The notes under the pieces: model-generated
Seen by the model: only the letters and a program-made list of their open reading frames with translations
Databases searched by the model: none
What the model was told of the DNA's origin: nothing
Shown: one piece after another, positions 13,629 to 24,308 of the stretch
Layout: every line of letters begins with the position of its first letter
How positions within the stretch are numbered: the stretch's first letter is position 1
Source: Eledone cirrhosa
Taxonomy: Eukaryota
Assembly: GCA_964016885.1 (NCBI GenBank)
Contig: OZ024764.1
Location: 6,014,001 to 6,078,000, forward strand
DNA length: 64,000 nucleotides
Reading direction: 5' to 3'
Program-made: the position numbers and the translations under genes

Positions 13629-14561
13629 AATGGACGAAAGGAAAAGTTGACCTCGGCGGGATTTGAACTCAGAATGCAGAGAACTAGTAGCAGTTCTGCC
13701 AACCTAAGACATGATGATGATGATGATGGTGGTGGATATGCTGGTGATGGTGATGATGATGGTGGTGGTGGTGATTCAATTCTCGCCAAGGACACCACCG
13801 ACACGACCACCACCGCCATAATCAACTCTGACCCTAACACCCCACCCCCCTCTGCTTCGTTTTCTTTTATGATAGCTAACCATTCAATCAGTTACCTCTT
13901 TTGGGTAGTTGGGTTGGGGTGTCGTGGGGGTGGAGATGGTGTGGGGCAAGGGTGGAGATGGTGTGGGGTAAGGCCGGATTCAGGTGAAAATATAGCTCAC
14001 CTGTTATCAGTAGACAGCAACATACATTCCTTAAAAGAAAAGACAAGCGAAAAGAAAAAAAAAAAGGATCTGTTTAGGGTGGGGTTGAGAGAGTTACAGG
14101 TGTGGTTGGGGGTTGTGGAGGGGGTAGAGAGTGTAATTCTAATTGATAGGTACTAATTACTAATTCAAATAGAACAATCAAAACCTGAAGGACATAAAAC
14201 CCCATCCTGCTGCCCCCTCCTCACCCCCAAAAAAGCTGAACAATACAAAGAAAGATAGAGCATGTATGCAGTCCTGGTTGAAATCTAAGAAGCTTTCCTG
14301 ATAAGAGGCTGGGTCAGCTGTGTGTGACCCAATCGAGGGTCATTGGAGGGTTGAGGGCACCGCACCAGCAATAAACAATAGAGAGATTAGAATATTAGTT
14401 TGAGGGTATTTGAACGGAATTTTAATTGGCTCACAGGTAACCCTATAACACCTTTAAATGTTAAGATATATGTGGAGTGGCTAGATCAAAACATGCGAGA
14501 GGGATGTACATCAAAAGATCCAACACGTTTTCATGTGCAATAGGCACCTCTTAACCCTTTA

Positions 14562-15720
14562 GCATTTACATTACTCTATATATACTATTGTATTTTCACA
14601 GTAAAGGCTTTACCTCACATAATATCTCACATAACATTTACATTACTCTATATATACTATTATATTGTCACAGTAAAGGCTTTACCTCACATAATATCTC
14701 ACATAACATTTACATTACTCTATATATACTATTATATTTTCACAGTAAAGGCTTTACCTCACATAATATCTCACATAACATTGACATTACTCTATATATA
14801 CTATTGTATTTTCACAGTAAAGGCTTTACCTCACATAATATCTCACATAACATTGACATTACTCTATATATACTATTGTATTTTCACGGTAAAGGCTTTA
14901 CCTCACATAATATCTCACATAACATTTACATTACTCTATATATACTATTGTATTACACAGTAAAGGCTTTACTTCACATAATATCTCACATAACATCTAC
15001 ATTACTCTATATATACTATTGTATTTTCACAGTAAAGGCTTTACCTCACATAATATCTCACATAACATTTACATTACTGTATATATACTATTGTATTTTC
15101 ACAGTCAAGGCTTTACCTCACATAATATCTCACATAACATTTACATTACTGTATATATACTATTGTATTGTCACAGTAAAGGCTTTACCTCACATAATAT
15201 CTCACATAACATTTACATTACTCTATATATACTATTGTATTTTCACAGTAAAGGCTTTACCTCACATAATATCTCACATAACATTTACATTACTCTATAT
15301 ATGCTATTGTATTTTCACAGTAAAGGCTTTACCTCACATAATATCTCACATAACATTTACATTACTCTATATATACTATTGTATTGTCACAGTAAAGGCT
15401 TTACCTGACATAATATCTCACATAACATTTACATTACTCTATATATACTATTGTATTGTCACAGTAAAGGCTTTACCTCACATAATATCTCACATAACAT
15501 TTACATTACTCTATATATATATACTATTGTATTTTCACAGTAAAGGCTTTACCTCACATAATATCTCACATAACATTTACATTACTCTATATATACTATT
15601 ATATTTTCACAGTAAAGGCTTTATCTCACATAATATCTCACATAACATTTACATTACTCTATATATACTATTATATTTTCACAGTAAAGGCTTTACCTCA
15701 CATAATATCTCACATAACAT
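14562..15720. repeat. 72-bp minisatellite (CACAGTAAAGGCTTTACCTCACATAATATCTCACATAACATTTACATTACTCTATATATACTATTGTATTTT), about 16 copies; resumes at 21371-21562
   Basis: Directly visible on both sides of the LINE. Confidence 0.95.
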
Positions 15721-15931
15721 CTCGTATACGAGAGACGTGTGTTGACGTGTGTGAACAAGCTCGGCTACCGAGTCGGATTTACTTACTCAAAAAGTGAGTT
15801 TTGATTAATTTTTTTATACTGTAATATACGTTAACCCCTTGCCTTGGTCGTCAAACTTTGAGTTTATTTATTTTCGCCCCTTTTTGGGGCGAATTTTCCA
15901 GTTAAAAATTTATTACGGCAAACTAATAGAA

Positions 15932-17674
15932 ATGGACGGAATTTTCACATCTCATCCTAACGTGAAAGCCACGCCCCCTAAGAAAGGTGATACAGAGAAG
16001 CTAGAAGCACAAGGCTCTAAGTCTTCCCTCCTGACTTCTGCAAAAGAAACATGGAACACGGAATTAAAAGAAAAATTTGAAAAAATGGGTGAAAACCCAG
16101 AAAGTCACATAAACGCAGACAAAAACAACAACGACAATAACAGCAATAGTCACAACACCAACCAAGGAAAAAATAACGATAACACCAAACAAAGCGAACC
16201 CACTACTGGTACCTCCTTTGCACAGGCGGTCCGGAAAACACAAACCTGCAAGCAACTGGACATTACAACTCTGAGAGAAAAGATGAAGGAAGCGAAACAG
16301 TATGTAACTTTCAAAGAAGGAGGAGACTTCACAATCACCTCCCCACAAGAAATCAAAAGAGACACGACGCTAAGAACGATATCTTTCAGAACAATTTCCA
16401 ACATAACAAGGAAACCAACTCAATTATCCCAAAAAGAGATTGAGCTGGTCCTAAAAAATGTGTGGAGTGATATATCGTTCATACAAAAAGGGCCACTCTA
16501 TGGGAATATAACGGTCCTAATGAAGGATCAATTGACGGCCAGGAAATACTCTGTGGCACCAATTGTTTCCAAGCTACATACATTTTTCCCCACATATTTA
16601 GGGAAAAGAACGCAGAAGATAAGGGTCTCCGGAATCCGGCCAAATGCATGCATTTCCTGGGTACTAACAGGGTTTTTAGAAGACGAGGACGGAATCCTCT
16701 CAGTAGGAGAAGTCACCACAGACGTTTTCGGCGGTTTGAGCGTGGAGGTTCTGGTCCAAATGAGACCAGAACGAATCGCTAGAATACCACAGAGGGTGTC
16801 CCTCGATGGAGAAACATTTATATATATTTCAGCCGAGGGTAGGAGGCCCATATGTTACTACTGTTCAAGCAGGGGTCATCTAAAGGCTGCTTGTCCTCAA
16901 TTGACAAAAAAAAAGGCTCTTTTGCCTACACCCCACACACCACCACCGCCACCACCACCACCACCACCACCTCCACCACCACCACCACAACAACAACAAA
17001 AACAACAGGGAAAAATAACACAAGACACGGCCCCACCCAAAACAACTCCCAAAACACACACAAATACAACAAAACCCCAAAATACACCACTACCCGACAG
17101 CACGGACGAGGACCCAGCGGAAACGGCACCTAGTGACGAAGAGGGGGAACCCTTCCAACCTGTAAAAAGGAAAAAAAGAAAGCACCACTCGAACATAAAC
17201 GAAACAAACACACAACCACCAACAAAAACAAAACAAACAGAACAAACAAAATCCGCCCCACCCCAAAACATAACACATACAACAAAACGTAAGCACACAC
17301 AAGAACAACAAACAAACACAACACAAATAAAACAGTATACATACATTAACACAAATAACAAAGAACTAGTAAAAACAATACACAAAGACCCTTTGGTGGA
17401 AACTGAAGGACAATTCTTTGCAAGCGCGGCCAACAAACCGCATTTAAAAATGATAAGACTCCCAATGGACACCTATGCAAAACTAAGAGAGAACTTTCCT
17501 GAGGACGTGGGGAAAACATGTACTCGACCCTATAACCGCGTCCTCTTGAAACGTTTCCCCACCCACACCTCACCAAACACCCCCACTCCACCACAGAACA
17601 ACACCCCACCAAACAACCCCTCCAATACGCCCATGGATATTGTGCAACCTGCTCCTCAGGAGCCGAACAGGTAG
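15932..17674 (+). CDS. Tx1/L1-type ORF1p (gag-like, CCHC zinc knuckle), about 580 aa from the first ATG
   Basis: SFAQAV motif, CYYCSSRGHLKAAC (CX2CX4HX4C), poly-Pro tract, FQPVKRKKRK basic motif. The track's upstream TTG start (15839) is unlikely in a eukaryote. Confidence 0.88.
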   Translation: MDGIFTSHPNVKATPPKKGDTEKLEAQGSKSSLLTSAKETWNTELKEKFEKMGENPESHINADKNNNDNNSNSHNTNQGKNNDNTKQSEPTTGTSFAQAVRKTQTCKQLDITTLREKMKEAKQYVTFKEGGDFTITSPQEIKRDTTLRTISFRTISNITRKPTQLSQKEIELVLKNVWSDISFIQKGPLYGNITVLMKDQLTARKYSVAPIVSKLHTFFPTYLGKRTQKIRVSGIRPNACISWVLTGFLEDEDGILSVGEVTTDVFGGLSVEVLVQMRPERIARIPQRVSLDGETFIYISAEGRRPICYYCSSRGHLKAACPQLTKKKALLPTPHTPPPPPPPPPPPPPPPPQQQQKQQGKITQDTAPPKTTPKTHTNTTKPQNTPLPDSTDEDPAETAPSDEEGEPFQPVKRKKRKHHSNINETNTQPPTKTKQTEQTKSAPPQNITHTTKRKHTQEQQTNTTQIKQYTYINTNNKELVKTIHKDPLVETEGQFFASAANKPHLKMIRLPMDTYAKLRENFPEDVGKTCTRPYNRVLLKRFPTHTSPNTPTPPQNNTPPNNPSNTPMDIVQPAPQEPNR

Positions 17675-17695
17675 GTCCTTCCTCTTTTAACCAAC

Positions 17696-20600
17696 ATGGC
17701 TGATATAAGAGTTGGGTGTCTGAATGTACGTGGCCTGGGACTGTCTTGGAAACAAGGCAAACTTTTAAACGATCTCAGGTCGCATAGAATGGATGTAATG
17801 GCTATTTGCGAGTCCAGGATCAGCAGCGAGCACCAACTGGCGCCCCTCTTCGACGACTTTGAGATCTTCGCATCTCTCTGTCAACCGGGGGGTGGGGGTG
17901 GAGTTGTCGTTCTGCTGCGAAAACACCTGGGCCTCGCCATACAGAAGGTGCACCTGGACCCGGAGGGTCGACTGGTGGTTTTAGACGTCGGCAGTAGTGA
18001 AAGTGGAGCCCTTAGACTAATAGCTGTGTACGCCCCTTTTTGGGCAGCGCGGCCGGAATACTTCCAACGTCTGGAAACTTTTCTGGGAACGTCCCGCTCC
18101 TTGCTTTTAGTGGGGGACTGGAATGGTATCCTGGATGCACGTTGGGACTATGTAGGGGCATGTGCCAATAGAGGGGGGTGTAAAAGCCTCAAAAGGTTAA
18201 TCGGCCGATTTGACCTGGCCGATAGATATCGACTAGATTTTCCGACTGTACCACTATGGACGTGGACCAATCGCAGTGGAACATCTAGGTCGTACCTAGA
18301 TAGGGTCCTAGTTAGAGAGAACGATAGGGACACATTTAGCTGTCCAAAAATGTTCATGGTTGACTATTCGGATCACAAGTTAGTGACCTGCATAGCCAAC
18401 CTTGATAGAACCCATAGACAGGGACCCGGTTACTGGAAGCTGAACTTGTCCTTACCGAGAAGCAAAGCTTACAGTAAACGGATTAGCACGTTAGTCAAGC
18501 AGAGTTTGACAGGGGCAATTGTCAACAACAGGTGGTGGAGCTCTCTTAAGAGAGCAATTAGAATAGAATCGATAGGTTTTAGTCAGGAATTAGCAAGGGA
18601 TAGGAACAAGACGGAAAGGGAATTAGTAGATAGAGTAGAAGAGGCGATTAGGAGTGGCAATGTAGCCGGCGTGCTGGCATCAAGAATGGCCTTAGACCAG
18701 TTCTTTGAGGTGAAGCATGAAGGCTGCGTTGTCAGGAGTAAAATACGTGCTCTGGGTAATGAGGGAGCCAAAGCTGTAAGCTGGGCCCGAGTGACAGAGG
18801 CAAAAAGTGGGAACAAGTCCACGATTCGGTCTTTGAAGGACCAGGATGGGCGTGTGATCCTTGAACCTGGGCAGATGTGTGCGGCCTTTCAGCGGCACTT
18901 TGCACGACTGTTCGAGAGGGGCGGCGCGCCGGGTGAGACTATGGATTTCAATCCATACCTCGACGGTCTGCCGCGCCTCTCGGACGCGGAGGCGAAGTCC
19001 TGCGAAAGGACGATTTCAGCTGCTGAGATAGGGGCGGCGCTGAGCCAATGCGGCAAACGCAAATCCCCGGGTCTCGATGGTCTACCATACGAGCTATATG
19101 TAGCGATGCCGGACTTGTTCTCCGATATCCTCGAAGCGGTCTACTGCAACTGGCAGCAGAACGGGAGAATTCCCAGTTCTGTGACCAAGGGCGTAGTTAC
19201 GCTGGTGAGGAAGGATGAGAACAAGGGGGATGACATAAGTAACTTCAGGCCCATAACTCTGCTAAATACAGAGTTAAAGATTTTGGCCAAGGTGTTAGCG
19301 AAGAGGTTGGCGCTTGTCGTTGGAAACCTGGTGGGAGAAGCGCAGACATGCGCAATCCCGTCCAGGTCCATTCACGACAATCTCCACCTTATGCGATACA
19401 TCATAGAGAGGGTAGGGAATGAACCCGGCTTTGGTGGGGCCCTGATCAACTTGGATCAATCTAAAGCTTTCGATAGGGTTGACCATCGTTACCTGGATGC
19501 GGTGCTCGCGGCGGCAGGCTTCGGACCCGTTTTCAGGGGTTGGATTGCTGCGATGCACAGCAGCAACGTCTGCTCAAGGGTCAAGGTGAACGGCCACCTC
19601 TCGGAGCCGTTCCAAATCATGCGATCCATCCGACAGGGATGCCCTCTCTCCTCCCTACTGTATGTGCTGGCTCTTGAGCCACTACTGCGGAAGTTGGAGC
19701 GGTTGCAGGGCATCCCTTTGGAACCGGGATTGCAGAAAGCGGCGTCGGCCTACGCCGATGACGTGACAGTAATGGTGTCGAAAACCTCGCAAATCGGTGA
19801 GATCGGCACCTTACTGGAGGAATATGAAAGGTTTACAGGAGCCAAGCTGAACCGGGACAAGTCCGTCGGTTTGCAACTCGGAACATGGAGAGGCAAACCG
19901 ATGCCCTCCAACGACGTCGTCGGACGCTGGACGGAGGGCCCGGTGAAGCTGCTTGGGGTCTGGTTCGGACCAGACCTCCAGGTGGAGAAAAACTGGAACG
20001 AGGTAACGGCCAGGGTGTTTGCACTCACCCAGAAGTGGGCCCAGTGCAAACTATCCCTGAAAGGTCGAGCGGAGGTGGCGAATACTTATATAGCATCCGT
20101 CATCTACTACCGCTTGACCGTCGTGCCTTGCCCAGTGAAAAGACTCGCCAAAATGGAGTGCGCGCTGTTCCAATTTCTTTGGAACAAGCGGACCCCTTTG
20201 GTGAGGAGATCCATCTGCTGTCAACACCCTTCGAAAGGAGGGCTGGGGATGCCGTGGCTACAGATGCGTAAACACGCATTAAGGCTACGGCACCTCCAGG
20301 TATTCCTCACCGGTCAACCGGTGTGGGCCCCGTTTGTGAGGCGAGCCTTTCCCAGACTCGTCTCGCTCACCGAGCTGCAATCCTGGGTCAAGCAAAGACC
20401 GAGAAAAGTGGGCGACTGGCACTTTGAATGTGCCCAGGCGCTCACGGCCCTCTGGAAAGCGGACCCGGCAATCAGTGGAGACTCCACCTCGACATTCTAT
20501 AGAGGGTTGGTACGCAGCAGGTGCGACGATGCTCTCGGAGAAGCTCTAGGCATGGAGGAAGATGAACTGGCCAGTCTGTTCGGTAGGACGTTTGGCCCTG

Positions 20601-21133
20601 GACCGATGGACAACTTCCAAAAGTCCCTGGCTTGGCAGTGCTACCGAGGGGCTCTACCCGTTCGAGACAAGCTCCACAGGCATGGGAGCCTGGGTAGAGA
20701 TCCTTTGAATAAGATCTGTCCGAGATGCGTGCATGATGACGAAACCGTTGCGCACGCATTCGTACACTGCCCAGGCATTGCTGACCTGTGGGGCTATGTG
20801 GAACGACTACTGTCGAGGGTGGGACCAATCCGGTTGACCACCGAGTCCATTGTCACGATCAAACCGCCTCCCCCTTTCAAAAACGAAGGAGAGGCGGTTT
20901 TTCTCTGTGTGGTAGCCATGGCTAAAGAAGTTGTATGGTGGACGAGGCTGAAAGGGCTGAGGTCAGACACCTTTCTCTCCGGCCAACAACTGGTCCCCTT
21001 TTTCAAATACCATTTTAAAAGAAGGATCAGAATGGAGAGAGAGGTGCTCTACCCCAGCAAGTTTTATGAAAGGTGGGTGAAAGTAGGGAGAATGGCCAGA
21101 GTGAATGGGTCTTCTCTCTATATCAGCCTGTAG
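17696..21133 (+). CDS. Tx1/L1-type ORF2p: APE endonuclease, reverse transcriptase and C-terminal Zn motif, 1145 aa
   Basis: EN motifs GCLNVRGL, GDWN, SYLDRVL, SDH. RT motifs KSPGLDGLP, FRPITLLN, LDQSKAFDRVDH, QGCPLS, YADD. C-terminal CPRC...ETVAHAFVHC. Confidence 0.96.
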   Translation: MADIRVGCLNVRGLGLSWKQGKLLNDLRSHRMDVMAICESRISSEHQLAPLFDDFEIFASLCQPGGGGGVVVLLRKHLGLAIQKVHLDPEGRLVVLDVGSSESGALRLIAVYAPFWAARPEYFQRLETFLGTSRSLLLVGDWNGILDARWDYVGACANRGGCKSLKRLIGRFDLADRYRLDFPTVPLWTWTNRSGTSRSYLDRVLVRENDRDTFSCPKMFMVDYSDHKLVTCIANLDRTHRQGPGYWKLNLSLPRSKAYSKRISTLVKQSLTGAIVNNRWWSSLKRAIRIESIGFSQELARDRNKTERELVDRVEEAIRSGNVAGVLASRMALDQFFEVKHEGCVVRSKIRALGNEGAKAVSWARVTEAKSGNKSTIRSLKDQDGRVILEPGQMCAAFQRHFARLFERGGAPGETMDFNPYLDGLPRLSDAEAKSCERTISAAEIGAALSQCGKRKSPGLDGLPYELYVAMPDLFSDILEAVYCNWQQNGRIPSSVTKGVVTLVRKDENKGDDISNFRPITLLNTELKILAKVLAKRLALVVGNLVGEAQTCAIPSRSIHDNLHLMRYIIERVGNEPGFGGALINLDQSKAFDRVDHRYLDAVLAAAGFGPVFRGWIAAMHSSNVCSRVKVNGHLSEPFQIMRSIRQGCPLSSLLYVLALEPLLRKLERLQGIPLEPGLQKAASAYADDVTVMVSKTSQIGEIGTLLEEYERFTGAKLNRDKSVGLQLGTWRGKPMPSNDVVGRWTEGPVKLLGVWFGPDLQVEKNWNEVTARVFALTQKWAQCKLSLKGRAEVANTYIASVIYYRLTVVPCPVKRLAKMECALFQFLWNKRTPLVRRSICCQHPSKGGLGMPWLQMRKHALRLRHLQVFLTGQPVWAPFVRRAFPRLVSLTELQSWVKQRPRKVGDWHFECAQALTALWKADPAISGDSTSTFYRGLVRSRCDDALGEALGMEEDELASLFGRTFGPGPMDNFQKSLAWQCYRGALPVRDKLHRHGSLGRDPLNKICPRCVHDDETVAHAFVHCPGIADLWGYVERLLSRVGPIRLTTESIVTIKPPPPFKNEGEAVFLCVVAMAKEVVWWTRLKGLRSDTFLSGQQLVPFFKYHFKRRIRMEREVLYPSKFYERWVKVGRMARVNGSSLYISL

Positions 21134-22032
21134 GTGAAAGAAGAGGAAAAAGAGGAGACGAGGGAAGCACCTACTCTTTGTGCTCCTGAGGAGAAGGGTT
21201 ACACATTTTTTCCGGGGTGTGTGCGACCCATGTTAATGCCCCCTCCCTATTGAGGACTTCGTTTGTTGTTGTTATTTCATTGTTATATTTTTGTACTCGT
21301 TAATTATATGTAAACTTCCCCCCTTGTATCTGTCCCTACCTTTTGTGCCCTAGTGGCAAATAAAGAAACCACTCTATATATACTATTGTATTTTCACAGT
21401 AAAGTCTTTACCTCACATAATATCTCACATAACATTTACATTACTCTATATATGCTATTGTATTTTCACAGTAAAGGCTTTACCTCACATAATATCTCAC
21501 ATAACATTTACATTACTCTATATATACTATTGTATTTTCACAGTAAAGGCCTCACATAATATCAAATCTATGAGATATTGAAAGTATTTATTTTGAGAAC
21601 AATACCTTAACATCAGTATGAGTGGCCAGTTAAGGCCAGTTTCAACAGAAAGAGGTAGAGAATTCTGGCCGATTTGAACATTAAAGAGTTAATCAAATAT
21701 ACACCTCAACCCACTACCCCTACTCCCACCAACACCTCCCTTTCTCTGTAAAGTTATGTTGGTACCACAGAACATCCAGTCCACACTAAAGAGGTCACAA
21801 CAAAAAGCTCCCAGACCACACTGTAAATGTGGTTGGTGTTAGGATGGGCATCCAGCCATAGAAAACCTGCCAGATAGTCCTATACGAGCAAGACAGGGTC
21901 ACTCGATCAATCTTTCCTCTAGCGTGGAAGATGGACGTTAAACGATGATGATGATGATGATGTGCCCACCCCCACACGTTTTGATGTACCTGTGATATTT
22001 GTCGGTTGGGTACACAAAAATGTACGATGTAT

Positions 22033-22383
22033 GGAGGCATATGGCTTAGTGGTTAGAGCATTGGCCTTGCAATCGAAAGGTTGTGAGTTCAATTCTCAGA
22101 CCGGGTGATGTATTGTTTCCTTGAGCAAGAGACTTTATTTCACATTGCTCCAGTTTACTCAGCTGTAGAAATGAGATGATAGGGACTGGGGTCCCTATCA
22201 TTCCACTGCAAAGTGGTCGTGGAGGTGCCACGGCAGAAAAGCACCCAGCACTCACTGTAAATGAGGTTGGTGTTAGGAAGGGCATCCAGCTGTAGAAATC
22301 AAGCCAGAATCAGTTCCCGTCCCACCCTTGCAAGCAGGGAAAAGCGGACGTAAAATGAAATGATGATGATGATGATGATGATG
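22033..22383 (+). mobile_element. tRNA-derived SINE, family B (A-box TGGCTTAGTGG, B-box GTTCAATTC, AGGAAGGGCATCCAGC domain, RTE-type tail, (GAT)n)
   Basis: Pol III boxes; near-identical copies at 23172, 23481-23815 and 50592. Confidence 0.9.
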
Positions 22384-22454
22384 GGTAGGTACATGAACAC
22401 ATACATATTTTGGGTGGGTACAAGAAAATATTCGATATGCTAGGTGGGTATAAT

Positions 22455-22972
22455 TGAGAGAGAGACAAAGCATAAGAGGAATCAAATGCTGTGTGCAGGA
22501 GAGGAGGTTGCGTTGGTAAGGACATGTGATGCGTATGAAGGATGACAGCTGCATAAAAAGGTGCAGAGAACTAAAAGTTGATGGATGCATTGGACTGAGG
22601 AGCTCCAGGAAGACCTGGGATGAGGTGATAAAAGCTGATGGCACAGGACCGGGATCTCTGGCGTCACGCAGTAATACAGAAAATAACAACTTCCCACAGG
22701 TACAAGCTGAACCATGTAGACAATATGTTCCCACTGTAAAGTGGTCGTGTAGGTGTCATGGTAAAAAAGCACCCAGCACTCACTGTAAATGATGTTGGTG
22801 TTAGGAAGGGCATCCAGCTGTAGAAATCAGGCCAAAATCAGTTCCTGTATGAGCAAGACAAGGTCACCTGACCTGGCACAAGACAAGGTCACTGCCCACA
22901 ACAGGACAACCCGTCTAACCCATGCAAGAGTGGAAGAATGGATGTAAAACGGTGATGATGATGATGATGATG
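22455..22972 (+). pseudogene. RTE LINE 3' fragment with 3' UTR and (GAT)n tail
   Basis: RRLRW*GHVMRM...KTWDEVIK translation followed by the shared 3' UTR. Confidence 0.75.
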
Positions 22973-23171
22973 GTGTTGGATGGGTATATCAAAATGTATG
23001 ATATGTTGGGTGGGTAATTGAAAATGTGATATGTTGGGTGTCTTAAAGCCTGTCTCAAGGCCAAAGGCTCATTGGGCCGGTACTTATCCTGATTTTTGTG
23101 GCATGAAGTGGCTGAAAGTACAATTTTTTTTATACCCTGTGAATTTTACTGTATATATATATATATATATA

Positions 23172-23467
23172 GGAGGCACATGGCTTAGTGGTTACAGCAT
23201 TGGCCTTGCAATCGAAAGGTTGTGAGTTCAATTCCCAGACCGGGTTATGTGTTGTTTCCTTGAGCAAGACACTTTATTTCACATTGCTCCAGTTTACTCA
23301 GCTGTTGAAATTAGATGATAGGGACCGGGGTCCCTATAATTCCACTGCAAAGTGGTCATGGAGGTGCCACGGCAAAAAAGCACCCAGCTGTAGAAATCAA
23401 GCCAGAATCAGTTCCCGTCCCACCCTTGCAAGCAGGGAAAAGTGGACGTAAAATGATGATGATGATG
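23172..23467 (+). mobile_element. SINE family B (internally deleted)
   Basis: A- and B-boxes and tail as at 22033. Confidence 0.88.
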
Positions 23468-23480
23468 GTATATATATATA

Positions 23481-23815
23481 ATCATCATTTCATTTTACCT
23501 CCGCTTTTCCCTGCTTGCAAGGGTGGGACGGGAACTGATTCTGGCTTGATTTCTACAGCTGGATGCCCTACCTAACACCAACGTCATTTACAGTGAGTGC
23601 TGGGTGCTTTTTTGCCGTGGCACCTCCATGACCACTTTGCAGTGGAATGATATGGACCCCAGTCCCTATCATCTCATTTCTACAGCTGAGTAAACTGGAG
23701 CAATGTGAAATAAAGTGTCTTGCTCAAGGAAACAACACATCAACCGGTCTGAGAATTGAACTCACAACTTTTCGATTGCAAGGCCAATGCTCTAACCACT
23801 AAGCCATGTGCCTCC
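23481..23815 (-). mobile_element. SINE family B, tail-to-tail with the previous copy
   Basis: Reverse complement of the 22033 element. Confidence 0.9.
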
Positions 23816-23848
23816 ATATATATATATACATATTATATATATATATAA

Positions 23849-24308
23849 AAATGAAATTTTGTTTCATTTTTTCCATTTATCGTTTTCGGTGCGCTCGGCA
23901 GATTAACTCACTCAATATGTAAATTAGGCTGCTCAGCCGTTAATATGCATAAGGAAAGTATATACTTTCAGACGTTCAATCATCTGGCAGGAAGGTATAC
24001 GGTGCTGACGATAGCTAATAAGCTTGAAACTAGTACATCGTTCCTTTGTCAGTGTTGAACAAAAGGGCAACGATGGTTGCTAGACACTGTACGGCTTAAT
24101 TCGGGATGTTTGTTTACAAACAAACCGAGCATTATAATAAATGCTCGGTAAATCCATACGTACATATATATATGTGTGCATGTATGTATATATATACATA
24201 CTTATGTACGTCTGTACACATATATGTATGTTCATATACATACTTATATTTAAGTAACAGCCATACTAAGAGTGAGAAATGAAATTTTGTTTCATTTTTT
24301 CCATTTAT
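23849..24308 (+). mobile_element. Penelope-like/retrozyme-type non-autonomous element: 428-bp unit with a 32-bp terminal direct repeat and a central hammerhead
   Basis: AAATGAAATTTTGTTTCATTTTTTCCATTTAT at 23849-23880 and 24277-24308; inserted in TA-rich DNA; 3' half homologous to 35121-35385. Confidence 0.7.
23999..24041 (+). ncRNA. Minimal type I hammerhead ribozyme motif
   Basis: ACGGTG-CTGACGA-T-AGC-TAATAA-GCT-T-GAAA-CTAG-TA-CATCGT: 6-bp stem I, conserved core, palindromic stem III (ACTAGT), predicted cleavage after GUA at 24035. Confidence 0.75.

Larger units (their letters stand above)
15721..21368 (+). mobile_element. Full-length L1-group (Tx1 clade) non-LTR retrotransposon
   Basis: About 210-bp 5' UTR, two uninterrupted ORFs separated by 21 nt, about 235-bp 3' UTR ending AATAAAGAAA; flanked on both sides by the same 72-bp repeat. 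Confidence 0.93.
14551..21692 (+). mobile_element. TTAA-flanked piggyBac-type MITE with an internal 72-bp tandem array, interrupted by the Tx1 LINE
   Basis: TTAA-CCCTTTAGCATTTA at 14551 and TGAACATTAAAGAG-TTAA ending at 21692 (imperfect TIRs). An uninterrupted homologue lies in opposite orientation at 48139-48724. Confidence 0.75.

Noticed and set aside
22033-22110. Possible tRNA gene
   Set aside because: A- and B-boxes are present but run into a SINE body and tail repeated several times in the window.
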